Translations under genes and position numbers: made by a program | Assembly (NCBI RefSeq): GCF_006345805.1 | Contig: NC_043017.1 | Coordinates: 4,340,001-4,404,000, forward strand | Direction of reading: 5' to 3' | Origin: Octopus sinensis | Taxonomy: Eukaryota | Length of the DNA stretch: 64,000 nt | Shown: positions 38,690-52,798 of the stretch, in pieces | How the letters are laid out: every line of letters starts with the position of its first letter | Numbering within the stretch: the first letter of the stretch is position 1 | The notes under the pieces: model-generated | The model's database searches: none | Told to the model about the DNA's origin: nothing | Seen by the model: only the letters and a program-made list of their open reading frames with translations

Positions 38690-41600
38690 ATATATAATCT
38701 GAATGATACACATGTGCACAAACACACACATAAAAATGCCGTTTATCTAATCTGTGAGTAATTGAAATATCTACATTGCTTGGCAAACTAATAGTAGCCA
38801 GTCTTGATTTATGCTTTAATAAAAGAGAAGAGAAAAAAAAAGAAAAAAGCTAAACACAGTATCATCCCTCTTAGTAGATTTCCTGCAACCGTTCTTAAGA
38901 TAACTACAGTTGGTGTGAGACAGGAAGCTGGAGAAGTGGGTCTGGGCATTAATGGTAATCTGGAGTGTGTTGGATGCTGTTTTTATGCAGTGAGCTATCT
39001 CTCTCATATTGATGCTGATGTGAACTAATGGTTGGAAGGTTCTAGTAACAGTGATTGCCGAGAGAATTATTATTATTATTATCATTATTATTTTTTTTTT
39101 TACATCAAGGGGTTCATTTAGCATCAGCCTGTATGTGTTTTATTTATTTGCCTTGTTACGATGTTGAAGACTGGGTGTTAGAATTTGCATGTGCCAAATT
39201 AGTCGTTAAGCACATTGTGTTAGTTAATTCCCTGTAGTTCAGCAACATTGTTCTTAAAAAAATGGTCTGTTTGGTTATTGCACTAGGATGATTTTGTTTT
39301 CTTTCTGTCAGAAGATATTTCATGGGAGAGATTTAAAATATTTCAACCAATCTCTGTATATGTGTGCATATGTGTGTGCATGCCTACTTGCTCATCAGCC
39401 TTGTTAGGTAGCCCTTCTCCACTAAGTTATACTCAGTTATATGGCAAGCCCCATGTTTCAAAGAGAGTAGACCAAACAAGACATTGCACTAACGTTTTTA
39501 GCCATGTCCAATCATCTTTGTTGTAGGAAGTATTGGTTCTAGTATTTAGGACTTTGACCATTTATTCTAACACATAAATATTAACCCTTTAGCATTTAAA
39601 CTGGCCATATCGAGCCCAAATATTTTACCTATGAAATGTTCAAACCAGCCAGATCCAGCCTCTTGCACCAACCCTATGATGTCATTTTATAAAAAATATT
39701 GTCACATCATTGAAATTTTAAAGCTGCAAGATAACGCAGAATAATATAAATGAATAAGTGTTACATTAGACAAGACAATAAGCTGGCGGTTGTGGAATAT
39801 TTGGGTAGTACTGTGAGCAAGTCAAAGAACTTTGTTAATTATCTCAATTATTGCTCATCTATACTTAAGCATTTTGCTCTCTGCAGAGTATTGGCGATTG
39901 ATGACTTTTCTCCACATTTCTTGACTTTTGGATTGTCCTCTCCCAGGTTTTGTTGATTTTGAGTTGTCATCGATGTTTCTGTAATTTGCATCTTTCCTAT
40001 GTAGGGTTGTTGGCTGTGCACAAATCCATTTTTACCTCTGCTATGTGGTGGTCCATATCCGTTTGGCCTCTGTTCTGTGGCCTGTCCAGCATGGTGGCCC
40101 CACCAGGAGCTTGCATTTCACTAGCATAGTCTTCAGGGTCATTGAGGCACATAAGCCACTATACTGCAGCAAGGACTGGACTGTGTGGTGGCACTGGTTA
40201 CTCTGGTCCCTATTTTAAGGTATAGTGAGATAAGGTGTATAAAGGTTGAGTATCTCAGGAATCTGATAGAGAAAGGACATTGTAGAGGCAGTGGTGGTAT
40301 GTGGTTGGACATGTTAGGCAGTAGTAAGGTGTATAATAAATAGAGCAGTTTTAGTAGTAGGGATGTAGGAGTGGTACAGTTGAGTTAGGGTGGGAGGATG
40401 TACATACAGTAGAGAGATAGTCATGCAGTGGAAAAACAGTACTGAGGTATGCTGTGTGCAGTGTGGCAGTGGTGTAGCAGAGAGAGAGAGAGAGAGAGAA
40501 TGTTGCAGTAGAGAAGCAGAAGTGGAGTGTATCAGAGGTGCAAAGTGACAGTGTAAGGCAGTAGTGGGGTGTCACAAATGTAGTGTGATAATAGTAGTAG
40601 TAGTAGTAGTAGTTGTAGGATGTAGTGTTAGTGTAGTGGAGGTAGTATTGTATTGAATGGTGTAGTAGAGAGAAGTAAGCAAGAAGGCCACCATTTTGAA
40701 GTAGACAAATTAATTAATGAAGAGGAAGTTAATTGAATTTGACAGCTTAGTGTTGCAAAATTTTTGCTTTGCTTAATTAATGACTTCCAGGTGCATTTCA
40801 CAGACTTTTGTTAAACCTTCATGTCTATGCAGTGAGGATGGAATATTATGATTCTACTCTCACTACATACACGTGTGCACTGTCTTTGACACCAAAAGGA
40901 CAGCATCTGATAAAAGTTTGGAAGGATAGGTTAATTGTTCATCTGTTTGAACTTTGTAGAAGAAAAGAAAGCACGCAGGTATGGCTGTGTGGTTAAGAAG
41001 CTTGCTTTGCAACCATATGGCTTTAAGAGTTCGATTCCACTGTACTGCTCCTTGGGCAAGTGCCTTCTATCATATCCTCAGGTTGATTAAACCGCGTGAG
41101 TGAAATTTTGCAAACCCTATGGTCAGCCGATTGCCCTAACCACTAATCCACGCGCCTTATTTTGTGTACTGAACAAGGAATTAGCTTTCAATAAGATACT
41201 GAATGATGGAGTACCTGCCTGTAGGGTACTGAAGTGGCTTATCTATCAACAGGGTGCTAAACAATGGGCTGCCAGTCAATCATGTGAGAGGTTGGAAGCA
41301 CATATCCAGTCACTGGTGCTTTGCTATGTATATGACTAAGATATTTGGCTGTAAATAGGCTCAACAACATAAGAACAGTGACAATATGTGTGTTTAGCTG
41401 AGTTCATCTGCTTCTGTGGCGGTTGTAGCATACTGAGCTCAGTTCTTGCTGAGTTCTACTTGTGCTGTGTGTGGTTGTAGGAACTAAAAGAGGTTAGGGC
41501 TCTATTGGTCTAACATAGAAGATAATAGGAGATTGACCAACCAATAATGGATACTGCTGGTCATGAGAAGTCTGAAATATCTGACAATCAGATTTTGGAC

Positions 41601-42285
41601 GCCTCATTTCTGTCTAAATTTCCAAGCGGTAAATCTGTGGTTCAGTGGTCAAGATTAGGTTAGATTGTTTGGAGAGGGGAAATGAGGAAGAGCCAAGTGA
41701 AGAAATATTTCTCTGATATTCACCTCTTAGAAAATGAGAAAATCTTGGGAATCAAGGTTTTTTATGGAAAATACTTTTGTGAGACAAGGATTACTGTTTA
41801 ATCTTGCTCCATTCACATGTATTAGGCGGATTAACTGGGAATGATGGATGACTCATTAGTGGAATGCTTAACTAAATCAGGGATAATTAAGAACTGGTTC
41901 TTAGTTCAAATCATACTGGAGTTAAGCTGTTTGTTTCTTTCACTAATGTTGTTGTTGTTGTGGAGGTGTATGTGTGCTTTTATTTGGGGTTGGTGGATGG
42001 GGGTTCCAGGTTGGTTGCACTTTAGCAGACTTAGAGCAAAAAGGCAGGCATTCCAGCTAAACAACCACTGATCCAAAATCTTAGATGTAAGTATACATGT
42101 AAAGTGGCTTGCTTTTGCAAAATTTCATTGTATGATTTGGAATTTAGCTGTAGCCATCTTTCATATCTGAATTCCGAGCCTGTCTGTCTAAACCATGTTG
42201 AACCAATTTTGAAAGACAATCATATGGTTTATTAATGAAAAATTGAGTGTAAAATGAAGCAGGTAATATATCTATCAGTCTGTCT

Positions 42286-42324
<39 letters not shown>

Positions 42325-43042
42325 CAGGCTCTCAAAGGTAAATCTTTGTCCAAACTATGCTTGATTTAGCATTTAGCACTACTTGCTGGTCCTTGAGTGC
42401 TTTTCCAGTGGTATACCTAACGTAGTATCTGGTCCACCCTCACTTCCTAGTCCTTGACTGCTTTGTGGTAGAATGCCTGGCATGCCACCCCAGTTTAACA
42501 CAACTACATAGTGCTTAGGTGTGTTGGACGGTAAGCTTAATGTCACTCAGTTTAACACTGCTACCTTGTCTTGGGTGTCCTTTAATATGTTGCATGAATT
42601 AGCATCTTAGGTGCCTTTAGTAGAATTCACCCTCTTGTACGCTATCAAAGCCAGATCCACAATTTCCTCCCCCCCCCCGTATTCAATCCCCTTACAGACT
42701 TTGCACTGCCACATCAATCTCTCTAATCTGTGAAGGCCTACAAAATGTCAAGCGCATTGCCCTCTTCCTTTATTAGAATTAGGTCCTGCATATGGTCCCT
42801 GATTTATCTACTTGGTCTCTTCAATCTTCTCATATCCATCAAGATCATATTGGATATTATTTTACAGATCTGTGCCATTCAGTCAGCCAGTACTTTTGGT
42901 TTCTTTAGTGTTGAACAGATGTATGACAAACTTTCTTCAGGCTTGGCAGCTAGCTTTTTATATTTCTCGACAAGCAGAATTGAACTCAGTGCCATAAACC
43001 AACAAAACAGCAGTCAATTTTATAGTATTGCTACTGATTTAA

Positions 43043-43263
43043 CCCTTTTGTTACCATATTTCTGTTGAGATGCTCTGTGTTTCTTTCAATTATTTTAAAT
43101 ATAACAAAGAATTTAGTAAAATAACTTAGTTATTATTAAGCTAGTGTTAGGAACATAAATTGTGACTAAGGTTTGGTGGAAGATTTTAATTCAGAACTTT
43201 TGGAAACAAGACATTTCTACTACAGAGCCAGAGGTAGTTTCAGCCAGGTTGATATCAAAAGGG
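43043..43263. mobile_element. piggyBac-type MITE, family 2
   Basis: TTAA|cccttttgttacc ... gatatcaaaaggg|ataa. Homologous to 25779-25999. Confidence 0.82.
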
Positions 43264-43319
43264 ATAATGTGGGACCATCACCAGTGCTTTCTGCATAGTA
43301 CCACCATAAGTGCTTTTAA

Positions 43320-43540
43320 CCCTTTTGTTACCATATTTCTGGTGAGATGCCCTGTGTTTCTTTCAATTATTTTAAATATAACAAAGAATTTAGTAAAATA
43401 ACTTAGTTATCATTCAGCTAGTGTTAGGAACATAAATTGTGACTACGGTTTGGTGGAAGATTTTAATTCAAAACTTATGAAAATAAGATATTTGTACTAC
43501 AGAGCCAGAGCCGGTTTCAGCCGGGTTGGTCACGAAAGGG
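43320..43540. mobile_element. piggyBac-type MITE, family 2
   Basis: TTAA|cccttttgttacc ... ggtcacgaaaggg|TTAA. Confidence 0.85.
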
Positions 43541-45395
43541 TTAAAGCAGCTGTTGCTACTGGTTTGAGCCAGCTACGAGAAATAGAAGCCTTGTCTCTCT
43601 GAGATCACATGCTTCTGTTTAAGAGAAAAAGGACACAGTAGGTAATATAGTTCTGGATACACTATGTCTGAATAAAAACATAGTCTTTGATCCATATATC
43701 TGCTGAATTAGAGTTGATTAGGGGTCAAACAATGATAAAGAAGGATACGTTAGATTATGTAGAACTAGATATGCCTGAATAAAGGACATGTTGATCATAG
43801 CTAAAATGTCTTTTATCATATGTTTACTGGAATGGGGCTGACTTCGGACTGAACGTTGCACTGTGTCTGTAAGGAACCCACTTCTACCTATTCATCATCC
43901 TAGAAATAGCAACCAAATCTGCCTTCAAACAACCCTATTGTTTAAAAAAGCAAAAAAAGAAAAACAAAGGTCAGGTAATCAGATAATGTGGTCTGAGATG
44001 TGCTCTCTCTCTAAATAAAGATCATGAGTGGGGTGCTCTTGATCATACATCTGCAAGATTAATGGCAATCTGGGGCTAAGTCATACCAACTATTTAGTTT
44101 CCGCACTATAGTTGACTTGTAAGCAGTTAGAATCTTGGCCTCGTCCTCATAACTTATATGTACCAAGTTACACTTTTTATACTGCATGACATTGGATGAT
44201 ATGAGATCTCTTTTAAGTGAAATTTGCAATAAAAGTTACAGGGCTAACTTGTTCAACCCCTTCTCCCTGCATAGATTTCACCGCTCCTTTTCTTCTTTCT
44301 TTTTTTTCTGTATAGTTTTTTTTTTTTTTTTTTGCTTTTAACTGTTAAGGAATCCCTACATAATTCATTGTAATCCCTATTTGAGCAGTGAGGTAAAAAT
44401 TAATGAGCCTCAGGAGCTTCGATTCCTCCTTTTCATTAGAGAAAGTCAGAGAAAAATAATCCTCTTCTCCCTCCCCTTACTCTTGACTCTTCAACATTGA
44501 TTCCCTTTTATTCATTCATTTGTTTTCATCAACCACTTAACTCTCTTCTCTCTCACTCTTCCTCTCTCCTTCTACTTTCCCCTGTTCTCTTTAAAACCAA
44601 ATGTAATGTTTTCTAATTCCCTTCTCCATCTGACAACCTGCCCTCCACCCGCTCCATTCTCGTTAATCTGTTCTTCGTCATCCTCCTCAATCTCCTTACA
44701 CCCATACCAAATTTAATTATCTCCTTATCCATCTCTCCTTTCTTTTCTTTCTCTCTCCCTTTACTTTCCTCCCTCTACCCTTTACCCCTCAATCTCTGTT
44801 TCTACTCCCATTCTTCATTATTTAAACTCTTTTTTACTTTCTCTTTTATATTTCCATTTAATTCAGAAGAAACCATTGAATTTTTTTAGCTTCCAAATTT
44901 TCCTCTCCCACATTCTTATTTATTTATATCTCTCTCTTTTTTTTTTTTAAGGTAAAATTTGCCCCACTAGAATTTATCTAGGTTGTTCTCTAGTACGATA
45001 GAAATATTTCAAAATTTTTTCTCTGTAAAAAGTCATATGAAAACCATTTAAATGCTTTTGCTTTCTATTTGAGTATATTTGTGTGTGTGTGTGTGTGTGA
45101 TAATTTGTAAGTAGTTACATAAACAAAAATGAGAATATTTAATATGTTGGGTAGATTGAATATATTTATTATAATAGTGTGGATAATATTACTTTTCTTT
45201 GATTTCAAGTTTCTTACTAAGTTGACCTTTCTTCAAATGGATGTGAATTGACTTGATTTTTTTCCTCAAATAATGATTTTATTCAAGTGTTCTCCATCTA
45301 GGGTACCATGTTATTAATTTCTGTTGAGGTATATGCATGGTAAAATGTCAGTAGAAGAGGGTGTTGAATAACAGGTCTGGACACACACTTGAACA

Positions 45396-45447
<52 letters not shown>

Positions 45448-46527
45448 TGGGTATACATGCATGTATACATGTGATGTTTGTATTATGGTACATATAGGTT
45501 GTTTTGCACCACAGTGTGAGAGTTTCAAAGATTGAATGTGCTAATCTTAATATAGTGTTTGGTATGTGGCATTGATTTCAGTGGGATCAGAAGCCTGTGG
45601 ATGTGAAAGTGTGAAATGTAAAATATGAAAAGTGGAAGTTCAGTATATTGTAAAACTTTTGTTTTTGGTTTCAGTTATGCAATTGAAATTAGCTTGGAGG
45701 AATTTGTTAATATGTCTGCATTTGGTGAACATTTGAGGTCATTTAAAATAAACACTCACACATACATACAAAACCTTACCATGATATGGGTACAAATATT
45801 GAAATCATTAGTGTATGGTTTATTTTGGTTTAGCTTATCCCAAAAGATGTGCAGTTTGTTTAATTTTCTTGTCTTTCAGTTTCCTTATATAACTTGAAAG
45901 GACTGTGGCATTACTCTTTGTTATGTTTCATAAATTTGAAGCATGGTCATTATAATGGTTTTTGAAATTGCCCAGTATTATCTTTAGGAGAATAGATTGC
46001 TGCTTTCCTTTCATTTCTGTTTGAGGGACGGGGGCATAACTTTATTTTTGCATATGCACCCTGTATTATTTCTTGGGAGAATTTGTAAATCATTTAGATA
46101 TTTTTAATGTTGGTTTTGCAGCTGTAACTGATTTTCAGTGTGTTATGATCGAATAACTTCTGGTTCATGTGCTTTAACGGAAACTGTGTGAAAATGAGGG
46201 CTAAAATATCTTGTGCTATTTTGATTTTGACATTTTGATGTACATACACACGCATATACACACAGACACACACACACATTAGTAAGGGCATGATGGATAG
46301 TGCCTATCACCTTAGAAGATCCTTCTACAGAAGTGAACATCTGTAGATCAATGTCTGATGCATGTGTGTGTATGTGTGTGTGTGTATTGATATGTATATA
46401 AATTGTGTGTATCTGATATCCTGTTAGTTGCCATTCATTAAATATTGTCTGTCTTCTTGATCTCCTGTTGTTCTCCTCCCACCTCCCTGTCTCTTCTCTT
46501 CCCCTCTCTGTATTATGACATCTATGG

Positions 46528-46534
46528 TACTAAC
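46528..46534 (+). promoter_or_regulatory. Perfect TACTAAC branch-point / Quaking-type ACUAAY motif upstream of exon 5a
   Basis: ggTACTAACtaaacc ends 67 nt upstream of the exon 5a start. Two AG dinucleotides lie between it and the acceptor, so its use as the branch point is not certain. Confidence 0.45.
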
Positions 46535-46600
46535 TAAACCTGGCTTGTTTAGAAATGTCTATTTGCTGCCCCTTGTCAGCTGTTGTTTGGCTTTTTCCAG

Positions 46601-46703
46601 TGACTTACCAGATGACCATGAAGTGTATAACAAAGAAACACAAGATGATAATCAGCAGATATATGAGGATTTGTGCTCGCTTAAACGCAAATCCACTTCA
46701 CAG
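46601..46703 (+). CDS. vav: Vav acidic-region exon 5a (phase 2-0, 103 nt) with the Y174-equivalent IYEDL motif
   Basis: ggctttttccAG | T GAC TTA CCA GAT GAC CAT GAA GTG TAT AAC AAA GAA ACA CAA GAT GAT AAT CAG CAG ATA TAT GAG GAT TTG TGC TCG CTT AAA CGC AAA TCC ACT TCA CAG | GTaaaa = DLPDDHEVYNKETQDDNQQIYEDLCSLKRKSTSQ. IYEDL is the Vav autoinhibitory helix motif. Confidence 0.9.
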
Positions 46704-49498
46704 GTAAAAAAAAAAAAGAAAAAAAAAAGGAAATAATAATTGTTGTGCCAAATCAGTCAGTCACTGAAGTGTTTTTTTCTTTGTTTTTCATTTTTTTTTT
46801 GGGCCTTGAAGCATGTTTATTATTAATTCAGTTGTCTTTCTTTTTTTCTTTTCTTTGTTTAAACAAATATTTAATATTTCTTGCTTTCTATGTACAAACG
46901 TGTGTGTCTATATATATATTATATATATATAATATATATGTATATGCAAACACATACGCATATGCTCACACCAATATGTGTGTGTGTGTATATATATATA
47001 TATGTGCATATCTTTATATACATACTCTTCTACAGCCCCTTTCTTATTTAATTTAATTTTCCTTTATGTTATTTTTCTTAATCTTAGAAGAATTTATATT
47101 ATTTTGGAAGAAATGTTAATTCATTTTTCTTCCAAATATGAATATTTTCAAATGTAATGTTATTTCATTGAAATTTAGTATTTTCTTTTCTTTCTTTTTT
47201 TTTTTGTAATTTTCTAAGGGGTGGGGGTGGAATGTGTTGATTTTTTTTTGTTCTCTTTCTAATTGAATTTTAATTTCTTACTGAAAATGTCTAAGTAGCT
47301 TCCAACTTGTCTATGGTGTTACTTGTACCCAATCATGTTGCTAAACTTTAATACAGGTAGGATAGAATGAGTTAACAAGAAAATGGATTTATCAGGAAAA
47401 AAAAAAATCTCTCTTACATAAAACAAACAAAATAATGTTCTGCTTAAATAATGTAGCCTGTGTTTTTAACAGTGTACTTATTCTGATAACTGACTTTCCC
47501 CATGATTTATCTTTATCTAGAATGATTTTATGTGATATACAAATATTGCCTTTTTTCCCCTTTTTTTTAAATATATAAGATATTTTCAGAATATTTTCAT
47601 TTCATTTTTCTTTTTATAAAAGGTATCAATTCTGATAACATATGGATAATCTCTCTCTTTTTCTCTCTCTCTCTCTCTCTCTCAATGATAATATCTAGTA
47701 ACATTCCATCTGTCTGTAAACCCTTGGTCATACTCTCTCATCTTTAATATATCTTGTGTGTGTGTGTGGTGTGTGTGTGTGTATACATACATGTATACTT
47801 AAGTGTGAATGAGGAAGTACTCAATACCAAAATGTAGTTATATTAAAGAAAAGAAGAAAAGGAAAAAAAAAAAAACAAAGATGGTGAGCTGGCAGAATCA
47901 TTACGGCACCGGACAAAAGGCTCAGCAGTATTTCTTCCAGTTCTTTGCATTCACAGTTCAAATGCTGTTGTGGTTTACTTTGTGTTTCATCCTTTCAGGG
48001 TTGATAAAATAAAATAAAATAAAATGCTAGTTGAGCACTTGAGTTGATGTAATCGTTTAGTGCCCTTTCCCCAAATTCCCAGCCTTGTGCATATACTAGA
48101 AAGAACTGTTAACTGGGAGCTAAAATGTCCCTTATAGAAAAAAAAAAGAGAAGCAACAAACTCAGAGTAGTGATTTCTAATAAATGATTTTACTCCCCCC
48201 CCCCAGTTCAGTGATATACACCCTTCTCTGTATTAGTGCTCTACTCTATATAATAAAATGTAATTTAAGGAGATCAAGGCCCAAGGAAAGAAAAGGTAAA
48301 AAAGGGTGGTATTTTAGACTGGTGTGAGTAGATGAGCTTTTCATTAGACTTGGCAATCTGTTATATATCTTCTCTGATGAAAAACTTGGGTCCCCAAATG
48401 TTACACATTTCCTTTCTGCATTGTCCCCCCATAGCAATGGACTGTAACTCATTTTCTGCTTCTTACTTTATGGCATTATCACCCACGTCTCCTCATTTCA
48501 AAATGTCTCATATTAGCTATGGTCTCATTTGTTTCACTCTAAAACATCCCAGAAACAAACAAAACACATGCAATATGTTCCAAGTTCTGTATTATACAAA
48601 TTCCTCAGTATTTCTCAAATCTAATTTGAATTCAGTTATTGTTACCATTCTCCCAACTAAAGAATTTTTATAAATATAGGCATTATGTTTCTAATTTGCT
48701 GAAATGTCTTAAGTACTTTGTCGTGTTTGTAGTAATTCAAATTTTCAGAATTATGAATCCAATTATTTGCTTTTTTCACTCTAAATAGTTTCCTGTTCAC
48801 TGTTCTTGTGTTCCTATTTATAGCTGCTGGCTCAGTTTAAGGGATGGCTTCTTTCTCCTCAGAAATGTGAAGCACTTTGGAAATGAAGGTTATGAAAATA
48901 TGTAACAACTCAGATCAAAGGTAGATGATGAAAGTCATCAATAGTAGAATAGATGTGTAGTTAAGAAGCTTGTTTTGCAACCACAGGGCTTCAGTTCCAG
49001 AATTTGAGGATCTGTACAAAGATTTGGGGCAAGACATCTATCCATACAGAGGATACTGTTATGTTTACAACAGATATGACATAACAACAGTCATAGTCGA
49101 GTTGTGATTGACACCATAGAATCTGTCTCTGTGTGTGTGTGAGAGAGAGAGAGAGAGAAAGAAAGTTGGGAGAGCAACTCAATCCATTGCCATCTCTATT
49201 CAGCCATGTACGATGAAGAGATGGATTCACATCACCCCATTCTCACAACCTAGTAGAGGTCCTGCATAGTTTGTGGCTACAGTTCTTCCTCTGTATAATT
49301 CTACCCCACCCTCCTCCACCAGATAATAGATAAGAAAGATACGTATACACCACCAGTGCAGTATGTTAAGGGTCCAAATATATTATTCCGGTTATTTTAG
49401 ACATGAGCTTGGTTGTTGGGTTAACGAGTTCACTTTGTAACTCTGTAATTTTGGATTCCATCCCATTGGTTTGCACTTTTAGCAAGTATGGTGTCACC

Positions 49499-49790
49499 CA
49501 GTGCTTCTCAACCCATCTGATGTGGCATACCGGCAGTTTTTTTTTTCTCAGTGTGCCAAGGATTGGTAATATTTCTTAGAAATATTAATTTATACAGGAA
49601 ACAATATATATAATGAATATAATAAAAATCGACAATCTTTTTTATCTTCTATCTATTTTGCAAACAAATAATACAATATTACATAAGCATTTTATGATGT
49701 TTCTTTCTTTTCTGGAAACTCGCCACGTACCGGTGGCTGATGGCTCGCAGACTGGCACTGGTCTGTGAACCACCAGTTTGAGTAGCACTG
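49499..49790. mobile_element. hAT (Charlie-like) MITE
   Basis: TIR cagtgcttctcaac / gtttgagtagcactg. Degenerate 8-bp TSD gtgtcacc / gtgcaacc. Confidence 0.78.
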
Positions 49791-51174
49791 GTGCAACCAA
49801 TTCCATGTGAGTGGAATTTGGTACACAAATATAGTACAGAAGCCATCATGTGTGTGTATGTACATATGTACGTATGTATGTGTGTAACTATTTTCTTGCT
49901 TTCACATTGTCGCTATACGAGTAAACACAGTGTGAGTGTTTAGGGCTCTTGTAAACAATATGTCCTGCAGCTTGGCAGTTATTTGGGGGGATGGTTTTAG
50001 TGGAATATATTAACTTGAGAAACAAGAACTGGTAACAGGAAGGACATCTGGATGTGGAATGACTCTTGACCAACCCATGCCAGCATGGAAAAAGCAGGCG
50101 TAAAATTGATGATGATAATATTGGACATCTACTGTAGTTTAGTTGGTACCACTGACAAAATGCTTGTCGATAAACTTTCTATGAATTAATAATGGCTATT
50201 CCACTATACTTGCTTTTGTTTAGCTTCAGGTTAGTCCTGATAATAAAAGGTATTGCTACCTGTCTTTTATTCACCTCTGCAATACTTCAGACTACATTAT
50301 CCAGTGTTACAGGAATATTCACCCCTGCTTACCTCACACTACATTTTCCAATATGACATAGTTTATATTTAGCTTCTGCTCAGTGCATTGGGCAGTGTAG
50401 CATATCTGGGACTACCTCATTTGGGATTTCTGTTGTAAAGACCATTGGTGATCAAGGTCTCTAAGTTAGCAGGTTGTGTAGTATGCAGCTCATGTGTCAT
50501 AATTGGCACTACCTGTCAGTACCTGTGGTCAAGATATCTCTGAAGTGGTCCAGCATTCCTCTCAGTAAATAGATTACTGTGAAATACAAACAATTTGTAC
50601 TGTGTCTATTGGTGCTTAGCTTCAACTCAGCCTGGTTTGAGCTACACTCAAAAGACATTTCAGCTTTGACAATCTTGTCTCCTTGTATATATGTGAGGCT
50701 ACGTTATTCAGTGTTACATTCTTTATTTAAGATTATAGAGTGTAATATAAGAGAGATTTGGCTGCAATTTCTTGCATAGAGATTCACTCACTGATTTATG
50801 TTCTGCGAGTGTAGTTTGTATATGTATGATACCTGACTTGTGCCTGGATAGATGATATACGAGAGATGAAAAGGAAGTATTCAGGTATCGGAGTTGCTTC
50901 TAAATGTCTGATGTGCCACTGTTCAAGGCAAATTACCTTGCTAGGCTGAGAACGGGTTCCATATTTACTTTGTTGTTGAGTGACGAACACGGTTATTCAA
51001 CCATAGAAATAATAGCTCTGATAATGCATAAATGTCTTAAATTTCATCTCTTATCATCACGGAAACTGCCATGTAATTTTAATGCTAAAACATGCACACA
51101 CACACATACACACACACATGCATACAAAATTCAAACAAGTGATTGGATTTAGAAACTCATGCTATATTCTAGAA

Positions 51175-51393
51175 CAGTGGTTTTCAACCAGGGTTCCGCA
51201 AAACTTTAGGGTTCCGCCAGTACAGTCCAGGGGTTCCGCAAGAAGTTACAAAACTGCTAAAATCGGCAGTAATTTTTATTTCTCCTGTGCAGATATGTGT
51301 GCATAAGACTATTAAATTATTGCACAGGGGTTCCTCGAGCCAGTGGAATGTTTCCTTGGGGTTCCGCTCCTGCAAAAATGTTGAAAAGCACTG
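51175..51393. mobile_element. hAT (Charlie-like) MITE with perfect 8-bp TSD
   Basis: TIR cagtggttttcaac / gttgaaaagcactg. TSD ttctagaa at 51167-51174 and 51394-51401. Confidence 0.88.
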
Positions 51394-52798
51394 TTCTAGA
51401 AGTTCGTTTTTTAGACTAATTCTTGCCGCCATCCTGTCAATTTGTTCACAAATGGCAACAAACCATTCTTATGTTATTTCTTATAATAAAGCTCTGTCAT
51501 CTCTATGCCGGCATCATTGACAACGATCTTAAACAATATAATCACCATCACCACAGAAGCAAATGGGACGACAGCCTGTTCATGGTAATTTCAAGTCATA
51601 GAAGGAACATCTTCATAATCTTTTGGGTTGCAAGATATATATTTGCCTAATCTCCCTTAAATTGCATTATTGTCTTAGAAAAAGAAACACACATTGGATG
51701 TTGTAGTCTTAAATTTGGCGGCAGTTCTAATTCTGTCATACAGTTTAACACAACCACTTGACTCTCATGTGCCTTTAGCCATGTCTGTCTGTTTTGTTGC
51801 AAGTATGTGAATCAAGTCTCTCAACTTCCCACTGTCTTAGATGCTTTTTGAAAATTGAGATGAAGGATTGCTTTTCTCTTTTGATTGAGCCATAAAAAAA
51901 ATCATAAAAAAAGAAAAAAAAAGATAAACTATGGGATTGTCATGGCTGGAACGCCTTTGTTTGCAGTTTGAAGAACTTGAGAGTAAACAACAACAACACC
52001 ATAATTAAAAACAGTCGTGCCACCAACACCATTACGATCACCTTCATACGTCTGTTGGGTTGGGACCGGACTGGGCGGAGGGAAGGTGGTAGTGTGTGTG
52101 TGTGGGGGGAACTAAACTATAACAACAACAACAACAACTATACAATTTCTCTTGAGTATTTGCATTAGTTTTTTGTTGTTTTATTTTGTCTTTTATTTTT
52201 TGTTTTTATTCTTGTTGTTTTCGTAATTTATCACAAGTTTTTGTCTTCAGCCTCCTCCTCCTCCTCCTACAACCACTGCCACAATCTGACCATCGTCCAC
52301 AAACCTTTCTGCTACTGTACATAGAATTAATATGTTCACCCTTCCTTTCCAGTCTTGCCCTTCACCTCAGTCTGATGTTACCACCACCACCACCACCACC
52401 ACCTTGCACCACATCTGTTCTTCCTCCCCCTCTTATTTTTTAATTATATTTTTTCCCTCTTTTTTTTTTAAAGAAATTTCTTTCCAGTGATGTTTGCTGT
52501 TTTTTTTTATATTTTTCATTTCGTTATTTTTTTCTTTTTATTTACTGTTTTTTAGTTTTAATTTTTATTTTGATAATTTTTTTTGTTTTATTTTGTTTGA
52601 TCAATGTTGTCTTTTCATTTTATTTCCTTTTATTTTATTTTATTTTGTATTCTTGATTTCTAATTTTATATTTTTTATTTTTTGCTGTTTTTTTTTGTTG
52701 TTGTTGCTGCTGTTGTTTTGATAGTAGGTGTTTGTTTGTTTGTTGTTAGTTGTTGTAATCCATATAAGCTTTGTTGTTGTCGTTGTTGTTGTATATAG

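Noticed and set aside
48824-48905. Good acceptor followed by ...GNEGYENM, a possible extra tyrosine exon between 5a and 5b
   Set aside because: From the first AG the frames compatible with upstream exons hit stops. The shorter version needs a weak GTAACA donor and has no real similarity to the other exons.
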